Shown here piece after piece: positions 47,357-58,260 of a stretch of 64,000 nt of DNA. Source of the stretch: Dudresnaya verticillata (taxonomy: Eukaryota); the NCBI GenBank assembly GCA_977862235.1, contig OZ374561.1, positions 2,046,001-2,110,000 on the forward strand, read 5' to 3'. The number at the start of each line of letters is the position of its first letter. Positions within the stretch are counted from its first letter, which is position 1. The position numbers were made by a program, and so were the translations under genes. The notes beneath the pieces are model-generated. The model did no database searches. It saw only the letters and a list, made by a program, of their open reading frames with translations, and was not told where the DNA came from.

Positions 47357-49738
47357 CATGGGTTTCTGAGCTAGATTCAGAACTTCTTCAAGGACAATTT
47401 GTCAGTAAAGACATGTTGTGCTCAGAAGGGCACAGGCTACGAGAGGAGCTTTGTGAAGTCGGCTTCCAGGCGAGTACGCGAAGCTCTTCAAGGAGGTCAC
47501 CCGTTACACGCAGACAAGTGTTGCAGTGGGCAGCAGAAGGGTTGCAGACGCCGGATAGATTTAGCTCGAACGATCTTTCGAAAGATATGAATTTTTCCAC
47601 GATCATTATTGCGAAGCTCTTACGCGGAACATGAAAATGAGATGCAACGATCCAATTCGATTTGTACTGCCACAACTGCCTCTAGTAAAACGGGCCAGTT
47701 TATTCCATGAAACTTCTCAGTGTCCCGCCCTCCAGAGAGTATCTGGTCCGCTTCGTTGTGACGACGTCTTCAAAACCAGGATGCCCTCGTCAACGAGGTC
47801 GTTGACACTTTCGCACTTAGTGCCGTACTGTCGTCTGGCGGTACAGTCGAGCCTGCTGCCAATCCGGTGGCGAGCACAGTTGCTTGGGTCTCGACACTAT
47901 AAGCTTCCTTCGCAGAACGCCTTCTGAAGAACCTCATGGAGTCCTGGACCCTGTCACTAGGCTTCTTGGAGCTTTTGTTTAGCGTCCTTCCGCCCATGTG
48001 AGACCAGCGTGTTTTCTAAATTTCTCCAATGTTCTCTATATTCGTAGTACTATACAGGACGCGATTTTGCTCTTTGTTCACGGTAGTCACCTTTTCCTCT
48101 AGTGGTTGGGAATCGGCTCAAAAGGAGCCGTGGTTGGGCATGTGCATCTCTATGATGCATGTGGACATCCCCATGCACTGAACAAGGCTGACTACTTTCC
48201 AAACCTTTCTTTATGACGAGTTCTGCATAAATGCAGTAGTGCCTTGTGTACTGTTCTGGTCTCCTAATAGAGCGGGGTGTAGAGACATAGCTGAGGATTC
48301 CCTATCTCCAGCTACACATTTATGAGGCGTCAGGATACGGTCTGTTGGCCTAGATGGACAAGGAATCTAGTATAAACAGGGATTAGGTATCCAACATGGC
48401 ACAAATACAACCAAGACATTCGCTGAATGATGTGTCTTCTAGATGCAGAAACTCCTACACTCGGACCCTCAGCACAGTATTCCCTGCGGCTTTGTTTCAA
48501 GATCAAGTGATCTGGTCTTCTGTTTTTCTGATGCCCAGAATGCATTTCTAGGGCCGAGATTCTAGACTAGAACTCTAAAGTGTCTATGTTAAGTATTCCT
48601 GCCATGGTTTCTCGCGGCTATATTAGCATTATTGTATAGTTGTGAATAGTGCAACATTTATTGCGAATGCAACCACGCGCTACACCCTCCTGAGCAATCA
48701 TTGTCAGTATCAGTCTCCTTGAGGAGGCATACGGATATAATCTCGGGCTCTTGTAAAATCCTTTCAAGGCACTGCTGTACAGTTCAATCTTATCTACACG
48801 TCATAACAAGGGCTGCCAACAAGTGCTAACGAACTCGCTACAAACCGGTCAAAAACAAAACACCGAGCTAGTCCAGCACCAAATGCTACGAATGTTCTTC
48901 TAATAGAATGTACCATAATTGCTTACTACCTCTCAAACGTTTTGTCCTGCTGCACTGCAATGTAGTAGCACAATACCGCGTAACATCCTGTGACGCCTTG
49001 TTGTGTTGCTGTGTCGTAGCACAACAGAATAATAAACGGTTTGAGACGCGAAGCAAAACCAAACGTATTGTCGAGAGCGATTTGAAAGCTATCTGCTCTA
49101 TAATGTGTAGGTTGAGAAAGAAGCCATTTGAGTTTCAGAGTTTAAATTGGTGCATGGAATGAAAACTTGTTCTCATCCTCATAGGGTTTAGTTTTTCTTC
49201 AAATAAAACCCTCTCTCTTTCTCGCTGTTCTACTGTACGTGTACACGTAGCGTGTACACGCGCACGTGTGAGCCTTAGACACGCGCCCTCGAACAATAAA
49301 GCGCTACTGATAAAACAGGTTTGTCGCTCCAGGGCGATGTATGCAATAGGTTTTAGTCACAGTGAGACAAAGTCGCAATGGAAATCCATTCATTCAGGGA
49401 GCTCACCGGAGCCGTAATCACCCGTCTCAGAAATACTGAAAACCCATATCAAAGTACAATCAGCTATCGAAAGAATGTTGTCAACTGAGTTCTTCTCACC
49501 CAGCGATAATAGAGACCGGGCCAAGCTGACATAGCTTTCTTTGCCCGATTTCAAGGGTATAAATGGCTACTGGCCTGTTGCTAAACTAACTACCTCCAAG
49601 ATATCTGCAAAATCTTGCCCTCAGCTTTCTCGATCTCCTCGAAAAACATTCCTCTGGTCTCTCCGACACAACCACTTGTGAAACTGCTACTGTGATATGT
49701 CTCCGTACAAAACTGGGCCTCAAGCCTGTCCTCACGAC

Positions 49739-50710
49739 ATGTCAGCTGCTTTGGTTTCCATCGTTTTGCTGTGCTCTGTCGCTTGGGCCACAGAGGAAGT
49801 CGTCCAGGAAACGGGAAAAAAGCTATATCATAGGGCTGATGACGATTTGCGTGATGCATTGTTAGAACATGAATCTCATCAAGCAGAATTCCTGAAGTGT
49901 GACAAGAAGGCATTGCTCAATGCGACAGCTTGTGGATGTTTTCTGTTTACATTCAGGAAGGATTCCCCTACAGCCAACGAGTGCAGAATACTGCTCGGTC
50001 CTGACCTTCAGAACCTCCATGCATATTGCGATCAATACAAATTCGAGGGAATCGTAAATTATCCGAAAGTTAAGCATTCTCTCTCTATAGAAAGGGCAAA
50101 ATGCTTCAAAATTGACTCTGATCTACATCTTTCAGAACTGAATCAGACTGCATATGTTTCCGGCTATCAGGCAACTAAGAAGGTGTGGTCCTTGGCTGTT
50201 CGACATTTGCTGCAGTATCTGATTCTCAACTTCGGAGTCCATGACTGTCAATGTTTCAATTGTACGTGCTCAGGAAATACCTGTCGATGCAAGAACTGTA
50301 CTGGTTGTCTGTGTAAAAGCAAAAGGCGGAACTGTAACTGCTTACACAGGAATGGAGACCTTATAGGTTGTCGATTTGACGGAACCTACGAAGTGGATAA
50401 CACCTGCGATGCCTGGAGTTGCTATTGTAACTGCCAACTCGAAATGGGAGTAAGAAAATGTTCAACTTGCGATTGTCTGAACCGAAACAATAAGTGGGTA
50501 CCTCCCCCGCGCTGCCCCAGAGGACGACGACCGCTACCACCGCCACGACCGACACGACCGCCACGACCGCTACCACCATCACCACCGCCACCGAGGCCAG
50601 TGGTTAGCAACCGTGCTATCCGTATCTTCGTCCATGGAAGAAAGATTGGCCAATTACACTATAGACAGAGATTCCTAAGACATGCAAACATCAGCACGAT
50701 GAACAGCTAG
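49739..50710 (+). CDS. Secreted cysteine-rich protein, copy 3 (divergent, Pro/Arg linker)
   Basis: Signal peptide MSAALVSIVLLCSVAWA, CDKKALLNATACGC, CxCxxCxC domain, RPLPPPRPTRPP linker. Confidence 0.8.
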   Translation: MSAALVSIVLLCSVAWATEEVVQETGKKLYHRADDDLRDALLEHESHQAEFLKCDKKALLNATACGCFLFTFRKDSPTANECRILLGPDLQNLHAYCDQYKFEGIVNYPKVKHSLSIERAKCFKIDSDLHLSELNQTAYVSGYQATKKVWSLAVRHLLQYLILNFGVHDCQCFNCTCSGNTCRCKNCTGCLCKSKRRNCNCLHRNGDLIGCRFDGTYEVDNTCDAWSCYCNCQLEMGVRKCSTCDCLNRNNKWVPPPRCPRGRRPLPPPRPTRPPRPLPPSPPPPRPVVSNRAIRIFVHGRKIGQLHYRQRFLRHANISTMNS

Positions 50711-50947
50711 AACTTTAGCATTTCATCTTGACATGAGTTCCTGAGCTGCTGAGATTCAGGGCTTCTGTATGGATAGTTTGCCAGAAAAATCTCATAGTGC
50801 TCAGAAGCGTAGCAGACAACAAAAGGAACTCATTCAGGTCGGCTTCCGGGCGAGTACGAGAAGCACTTCAAGGAGGTCACAAGTTACACGTAGAAAACTG
50901 TAGCAACGGACAGCAGTCGGGGTGCAGACATAAGGTAGATTGAGCTC

Positions 50948-51336
50948 TATAAACACCTTCTCCTTCTGGATTTGTTGTCTCTGTGTTGTATCTCAATGTT
51001 ATTAGCTTGTCAATACGAAGACCTCTGCTCTCCTCTCTCCTCGAGGGGAAGACGAGCAGAGCATTATATCAGCGGAGTTGTCTACCATGCGACTCCGGGT
51101 TGACTCACTGCTTCTATTGAACGAGCACGAGTAGCATCTAACCGTATACCGTAATCTCAACTCTACAGTAGTCGTGAACAGTATAGCTCAGAACAGTTAG
51201 CCGTGGGGAAAGGCTTGAACACGTTATGTCTACAACGGAGCATGTTCTGGAGCTTGAAGTCAGAACAGCTATTCTAAATTACAAACTACAGCTCTATTAT
51301 AGGTAACGGCAGCAGATTACTTGGAACCGCTCTACA
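50948..51336. mobile_element. Degenerate solo-LTR-like insertion (~390 bp)
   Basis: (A)GCTC duplicated at both ends; right end CTCTACA; left end TATAAAC is a possibly decayed TGTAGAG; empty site gatttagctcgaacgatc at ~47558. Confidence 0.55.
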
Positions 51337-51669
51337 GCTCGAAAGATCTTTGGAAAAATACGAGCTTTGCTATAATCTTATATGACATCATCAGAACCTT
51401 CTGAATTCAACTCAGTAGCACAACAGTAAAACGAGAGCCTAACATATGAGGCGAATGTAAATAATTATGTTGAGAAACTCATCTTCTTAAAAGCAAGTCC
51501 TTGGAGGACTATGACAAAAGGACAACCTTCTCAATAGATCAATAGGAACGCCTAGCCAGGCGCCTAGTACATTTCAATTCGAAGTCCTGAAGGTGCGTGT
51601 GTGGTAGTCTACCCTTGGTAGAGCCGCAGAGCCTAAAAGTCCAACGCATTATTGACATCAGGGGTTTGT

Positions 51670-51889
51670 GACGGGTTCGGATGGTTTTTGTTGCCCGGCG
51701 CCTCTATTCAAGAGGACTTCTTTACTCAACCGGCTTGGTTAAATACTAATTAAAAGAGTAAAACAACTTCAGCAGAAGTAAACTGACCCTAGAGGTATGT
51801 AAGCGCTAAGCGTAACCTACAGGGAATAGTACTGTAAACCAAGTGGAATACCCAGATGCGAACCTACCAGGAATTGCATCCTGGTACAT
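51670..51889. mobile_element. 220-bp insertion with a subterminal hairpin
   Basis: GTTTGT on both flanks; empty site gacatcagggatttgttctggaaagttg at ~42131; hairpin TACCAGGA/TCCTGGTA at 51866-51887. Confidence 0.5.
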
Positions 51890-53232
51890 GTTTGTTTTAG
51901 AAAGTTGCCGACTTTTTGGTGCAACACCATTGATCTTCGCATAGCCCCTTCACACTGGTCATCCAGTCTGGATGGGCGCAAGATATCATTCTCAGTTGTG
52001 CTGTTCTCTGCTGCTGTGAACTAGGGTAGGGCTAAGCACTGGTGGAGAGCGAAACTGAAACCGATGTGCGAATAAGAAAGACAGCGCAATCTCTCCACAT
52101 GTTGGTGCCTTATTATTAAAGAGCTCTCCTTGCAATAATGATATTGCAAAAGTCGCTACAAAAGTCGCCCTTTGTTTCGTCTAAAGCTAAGAAACAGGAT
52201 ATGAATGCGATATGTAGCAATCCCAATGGTCGCTGCGATCTTTCCTCAAATGGTAACAATGTTAATCTGGCGCGATGTCTGCTGGATTGCAACGTCGGGT
52301 CTGGTCCTGCTGTTCAAGCCTTGATACAGCCTCCGCTCCAAAATGATATTGTGTGGCCTCTGCCTCATGGCTCCAAGTGCTTTTGCTGGGACATTCAAAG
52401 CGATTCCGGAAGGAACAGCCCAAGAGGTAGTCTCTCAAGGACCACTTCTATACACATCTATGCATAGCTTCTGCGAGCCGTCATTTCGTTCACTTTCCTA
52501 CTATTCGATAATTGCTGATGAGCCTGACGTGGCGAAGGAATCGGCTACGATGGAAGCAGCTGCAACCCCAGTTCACGCATTGATGGGTAGAGAGGGGGCT
52601 TTGCTTAGTCATCCGATTCTCAAAGCCAAATACCGACAGTCAATTGTTCGGGGTGCGCAGACCGCGAGCCGCCGGCATCACTCGTCCCGAAGGCAAGGCG
52701 CGGTAAGGACAGCAGATTGATGGGAAGCCATGAATGATAGGAACAATTGCTTCAGAAGCCAGCGAAGGAGGCTGGCGGATAAAGAAGCACACCCAACTAC
52801 TCGTGATCCGTTTTGTGGAAGTGCGAGGGACTTTTTCTGGCTAGTCTAAGGGGTCTACGGGGGCTGCCGGAAATATAGGTAGGCTGCAATTATTGGACGT
52901 TTTCTTCGTTCTCGTAGTAATTCCTCCTAGCTAGAACAAAATGATATCACCGAAAGGTCATCTGCGCACTGCAGGGGGGAAATGTTTCTCGTCTACTACT
53001 GAGCTGAACATCAGTCTGTGCTGTTGAAAGCATGTATTCTGCAAGGTAATAAACGTTTTCTCGGAGATGATCACTTCACTACCTTGGCTCCTGCTTTCTT
53101 CAATCAAATGTTAAGATTCTTCTCCAAACATGTCCTTTCCAGGTGACCTTGGGCATTTCAGGTACCCGTTCCCTACAAATTTCAGGCTACTTATCTAGCC
53201 TGACCCATATATACTGCAGCCAGTGTTTCTCA

Positions 53233-53427
53233 TTTCGTGATGTGTAGACTCGTTTATACGCATGAAACGTACTCAATGAATAGCGAGGGCGATCCTGTAA
53301 GAGGATGCTACACGATGCGTACGTGTCAAATTTCCGGGAAAAAGGCGCGCTTTTCTTGGACGCAACTTCGTCATAAGAGTGGTCGACGCTATGCCCCCGG
53401 AGAAATCTGGGCATGCCTCTCTCTTTC
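53233..53427 (+). repeat. Split direct repeat A1 of the YR retrotransposon
   Basis: Matches 58066-58260 with two substitutions seen. Confidence 0.95.
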
Positions 53428-53526
53428 GAGAGTCCCCAGAACGACTGGCGGTAGGCACATTTATAGCTGGTCAAAAGGAAAAGACCAAGGACTGCAGCAG
53501 ACTGCAGTTCAGGAATCAAGATCGCT

Positions 53527-54210
53527 ATGGCTTCTCCGTTTAAGTCAAGTAAGGAACAAGCTGACACGCTGCTCGTGAAGGCTAAGATGATCGCAAAGGG
53601 AAAGACGCTCCATGAGGCTGGAATAGAGCCGATATGGATGAACGCCTATGGCCAGATCGCCTAACGGGCAGATGGTGATCGCCGATACGGATTGAGCCGC
53701 TATCCATACGAGGCAGGACCTGCCGTTGGAGCTTTCGTGGGCGGCTTCTTCGATCACCGAGAGTGGGCGCCTCGCAAGGCCCTCGAAAGGCATCAGAGCA
53801 TGCGGGCAGTAGCCGAATATGAAGCCAAATATGTTAATGCAGCTGGGTACTGGTCTGCGTTTCATGAGGCGGCTATCGATCTTCGCCAAGAATGTATTGC
53901 TGACGACAAAGTTGATCAGGCAAACCGTTTTGACGTTTGGGCAATTATTGCAGTACGATACACTTTGAGAGTACTGCAGCTACGTACAGAATTCTATCGC
54001 TTAGCGGCAGAGGACCCTACATACGCTAAGATGGTTCTTCCCGCTTTGGAACGCCGTGGTGATGTCGCGGCAGCTGATGACCTTGAAGGTCCTCTCGATG
54101 AACTTGAGTCTCATATGACTACCCAGCTGATGAAGGCAGTCGCCACCCTAAATGCTAGTAACGCAACGAAGCGGGCAAAAGGTAAGGGTGGAGCTGCCGA
54201 TGGACATTAG
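53527..54210 (+). pseudogene. ORF1 (gag-like by position) with one in-frame stop
   Basis: ATG 53527 (MASPFKSSKEQ...) is in frame with ORF 53692-54210 and is interrupted only by TAA at 53662-53664. Confidence 0.65.
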
Positions 54211-56936
54211 TCGCCATCGGAAAGAGGCGCCCTCTATGGCGCGCGGTTCAATCGCGTGTCGAAGAATGGCGCCAACTGGGGGCTTCGGATTACCTATGCC
54301 GAGCCATCCAGTTTGGAATATTCGACGCTCCCCTCGATCCGTTCCAACCGGGTCAAGGTGTCGAGTTGGCGGATATTCCACAGTCAGCGGAGGATCGGGA
54401 ATTCGCCGCTGCCGATTTGGAGAAGGGTTGCTCCAGCGGTATCTACCAGGAAGTGTCGAAAGGCCATGCTATGAGGGCGAAAGAGAAGGGAGCTGTGATA
54501 TCCTCCGCATTCACCGTCAGGCAAGAGAAGGAGGAAGGAGCAAAGGGCCGGTTCGTAGTGAACCTTGCCCTTCAATCGAAGTATTGGGCGAAGGGGTCTG
54601 TCCGGATGGAGACTCTACCGGAATTTGCGGTGAACGTGCAGAAGGGGGACCACTTCTTGACAATGGATATCGAGAAGGGCTTTCGCCATTTGCGTCTGCA
54701 TCCCCTCATGCGCGACTGGTTCATTTTCCGATACGGTGGCAGATACTACAGATGCGTCGCTCTGCCGTTCGGTTGGACGCGTTCCCCTCTTTGGTTCGTG
54801 TCGCTCATGGCTCCGTTCGTACGCAAGTTACGGTCCTACGGGTTTCGAGTGCTGGCGTACATCGACGACTTTCTAATAGCGCCGTCCCCATACGGGACCG
54901 TCGCAACTCCCTCGGACTGCCACCAGGCAAAGCATATGATCGAATCTTTGATGCGTCGCCTGGGAATCAGTCGGCAGACGGACAAGGGCGAGTGGGAGGG
55001 ATCGCGTGTCGTAGAGCATCAAGGAGTGATGGTCGACAGCATCCGTATGGTATTCTACGTAGTGCCAAGGAAAGTGGCAAAGGTCCAGAACCTGGCGGGA
55101 AAGCTTCTGAAACAGGTGATGTTAGGGAAGCGCTGGGTCAACGCTCGGATGATCGCGAGTTTTTGCGGGACGTGCATCTCGCTAATGCTCGCTTTGCCCT
55201 GGGCAAGGTTCTATACCAGGTCTCTGTATTGGGACATGTCCTCCACGCGAGCCCGAGACTCGCGTGGTCGTTGTCGGCTCTCCCACCAGTCCATACGGGA
55301 CCTGCGCTTTTGGCGACGGCTCTCCAAAGAAGCTTCGGAGGGCCGCCCGATCGTCCCTCCGAAACCACAGGCTGCAGTGCATACCGATGCTGCAGATATG
55401 GGATATGGTGGAACGTTGAAAGTACAGGACCACCGTCCTGGAGTGGCGGGTATGTGGTCGGATCAGGGGGTGTGGAGTTGGCACGACCGCAGCGAATCGA
55501 TAACTTTACGAGAGCTGCGGGCGGTTCGAAAACTCCTCACAGGTTTGATCGGTACGGAAGTTCGACGACAAGGCATAGAAGACTTGCTTTTGCACATCGA
55601 CAACCAGGCTGTAGTACACGTTACGAACAGTCTGGTTTCGGTAAGCCGACCTATGATGCGCGAACTTCGTCGACTCAAGGTCGTAATGGACCGCTTGGGA
55701 ATTCGCATCCGCTCGGCCTGGATACCTTCAGCTGTCAACCAATTCGCAGACCGCCTCTCGTGACGCTTCCCCCGCGGAGACTTGCAGATCAGGAAGCAGC
55801 TTCGGCATTCCGTCGTGGATGGGATTGTAGTGCAACGATATTGCCCCTTTTCGTGTTACCACGTGATCAGCGCGTTACTCGCGAAGGCGTACACACGTGT
55901 GCTCGTTAGGTAGCACACGTGGCCACGCCGGCCCACTTCGGACGCGCGCAGCCCATTCTGGGCCTGCCCGCGCGCGCTCCTATTACTTACATTTCCCTTT
56001 ACAGTAGTCGACACTCAGTGTACACTAGGTACACTGAGGTGTCAGTGTTAGTTTATTGTAGGTAGTGTATGGTAGCCCTAGCTATCCTACCGCCGTGGCC
56101 AGGGACTTAAGGCGAGTAGCGCCGGCCACCCTCAGTAAACCAACCCGAAGCATGGGCTCTGCAGCTGAGTTCCCCCGCGCTTGACCCACGAGCTCGTTGC
56201 TCGGCGTCACCGCGGGCTAAGGCTAGCGCAACCCGTGCCAACCGCCTGCCCGACGCTCCCTACGCGCACCTCCCTGCTGCTCCTCCCCGCGCCGCGCTCG
56301 GCTCCCTTCATTTCCCCCGTTTCTACCTCTCCAGCACACCCCTTCCGGTCCTCCTCTTATCCCTTCATCCTCCCTTCACCTTTGGCGTCTACGCCCCTTC
56401 ACTGGTGTTTGCACCTACGTTTGGCGTCCACGCCCACACACAACCCGACGGTGTTTACAGTCCGCCGCCGGATTGCTTTCTAGCTCTACCACCGCGTTTA
56501 CGCGATACTCACGCGTGATCGCGCAGCTACCCTCCCGAGCCCGAACTCTCGGGGGTGTTCTACAGCCGCGTACGGCCATTGCACCACAGGGATCTCAGCT
56601 CCAGTAGACGTTTTCAAGTTTCGCCCTCTCGGCGAACACCCATCCTATCTCCGCCGGGCACTGTATCAGGAGCTGGAGAAGGACTGGGGACAGGAGGAAG
56701 TCCGCCTGTTACGCCCTCCAGTAGACCTCATCGGGGCTACGGTCAACAAATTCGCTCGGACCGGAGCCCCGGCCCTGCTTCTCATTCCGGATTGGCCTCG
56801 GCAGCCCTGGCACCAAGCCGCCGTTCACCTGGCGCGTCGATTGGAACAACTGCCGTACCCACCCTCGGAGCTGTGGACGGCTCAACGGAAGTTGAACCCT
56901 CTTTGGCGGCTCCTGCAGCTGGAGGTGAACATGTGA
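54186..56936 (+). pseudogene. ORF2: reverse transcriptase, RNase H and DIRS-type methyltransferase-like domain; broken by a nonsense codon and a solo LTR
   Basis: DIEKGFRH, LPFGWTRSP, AYIDDFL, HTDAA, ITLREL, IDNQAV, NQFADRLS*(TGA 55761-55763). After removing the LTR the frame continues ...DWGQEEVRLLRPPVDLI...LLIPDWPRQPW... to TGA 56934-56936. Confidence 0.9.
55826..56588. mobile_element. Solo LTR (763 bp) nested in the YR element
   Basis: Termini TGTAGTGCAA...TTGCACCACA (9/10 inverted match); perfect 5-bp TSD GGGAT (55821-55825, 56589-56593). Confidence 0.9.
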
Positions 56937-56957
56937 ATACACGCTCTGGTATTCGGA

Positions 56958-58006
56958 TGAATACGCTTGGGCATGCTGCCGCGGATCATGTAGCATTCGT
57001 CGCAGGCTCCAGTGCAGGAGCCCAGATGACGGCTGCCATGGTGTCGTAATTCGCGTGGAGCAACCGTACGACGGCTTCTCGGAATTCTCAGTGGAATGCA
57101 TGGCTTGAGTTTTGTAGCTCAGAAAACCGAGCTCCGTTACCGGTCTCGGAAGGTAGTATCCTGGCCTTTATCGGATGGATGCGACTCGAGCGCGAGGCTG
57201 GTCGACGCAAAGTTAGCAGCGTCTCGCTTCAGCAATACCTTTCGGCCGTTCGACAGATGCACTTGCTCTTCACCGGTACTGCTCTGCCGCCGCTGCCTTT
57301 TGTCTCCCATGTTGTACGTGCTTATCGAACTTGGGAGGAGTCAAACTTCCCTCTGGAGACGGTTCGCTGCGGACTCTCTGCCGATAAGGTCCAACGCATA
57401 TGGGCCTTAGGAATGGGTACAGCATCGCAGAGTCTTCTACGAGAATGCGCAGTTTGCGTGTTTGCCTACTGCTTTAACGGCCTTCGCGAGAGTTCCGTGA
57501 TTACTTTGAAGACCGAAAAAGTCTGGTTCGAGAACACTACGCTGTACGCTAGAGCTAGTGTTTGGAAGGGTCGCACCGTCAGTCGAGAACCGCTACTCTC
57601 CTACCACCGGGTCGGAGACGTCTCTTCTCCTCTTAACCTTTTCAACCGCTGGAAGTCCAGCAGAGGTACGCATCCACGCTTCTTCGGTCTTCCAGGCGAA
57701 CTTGCTCAGCCGCAGAGCCAGACGCTCTCTCGTGCCCTTAAGCGGGTATTGGACTTGGTTGCAATTCAGCGACCCCCCGATGGAAAGTATACATCGCATT
57801 CCCTTCGCATCGGTTCGCACACGGAGCAGGTTCTGGTGGGAATTCCGCTAGAGGTCCGCATGGCTCGATTCGGATGGGGTCCCGACAGTGCTTCTATGGC
57901 GTCCCTGTACTTTGACAGGACAATAAGGCCTACCGCCGCGTCGTTCTGGTTTTTCGGAACCGGCATTACTGCCGGCACCGCTTTCATTCCGCCGCCGTTG
58001 GCGTAG
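56958..58006 (+). pseudogene. Tyrosine recombinase domain (C-terminal part of ORF3) with one in-frame stop
   Basis: SQWNAWLEFC N-domain, GLRESS (R), WKGR (K), HSLRIG (HxxR), FGW and LYF (Tyr). TAA at 57047-57049 interrupts the frame upstream of ORF 57179-58006. Confidence 0.9.
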
Positions 58007-58065
58007 CGAAAACTCGGGGGCCTCGTTCTCTCCGCCCCATGTTGGGGCGGTGTTTTTGTTGGGGG

Positions 58066-58260
58066 TTTCGTGATGTGTAGACTGGTTTATACGCATGAAA
58101 CGTACTCAATGAATAGCGAGGGCGATCCGGTAAGAGGATGCTACACGATGCGTACGTGTCAAATTTCCGGGAAAAAGGCGCGCTTTTCTTGGACGCAACT
58201 TCGTCATAAGAGTGGTCGACGCTATGCCCCCGGAGAAATCTGGGCATGCCTCTCTCTTTC
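58066..58260 (+). repeat. Split direct repeat A2 of the YR retrotransposon
   Basis: Internal copy of the left-terminal 195 bp, starting 60 bp after the recombinase stop codon. Confidence 0.95.

Noticed and set aside
47605..48290. Unique sequence between units 2 and 3, possibly another LTR
   Set aside because: It coincides with a deletion in the unit, and I could not define matching termini or a TSD.
53237..53578. Short ORFs duplicated at 53237 and 58070
   Set aside because: They are translations of the A1/A2 repeat and diverge immediately after it.
54366..58006. Prokaryotic RT plus integrase system (retron, DGR or prophage)
   Set aside because: The RT is followed by RNase H and an MT-like domain in DIRS order, within a eukaryotic intron-containing locus.
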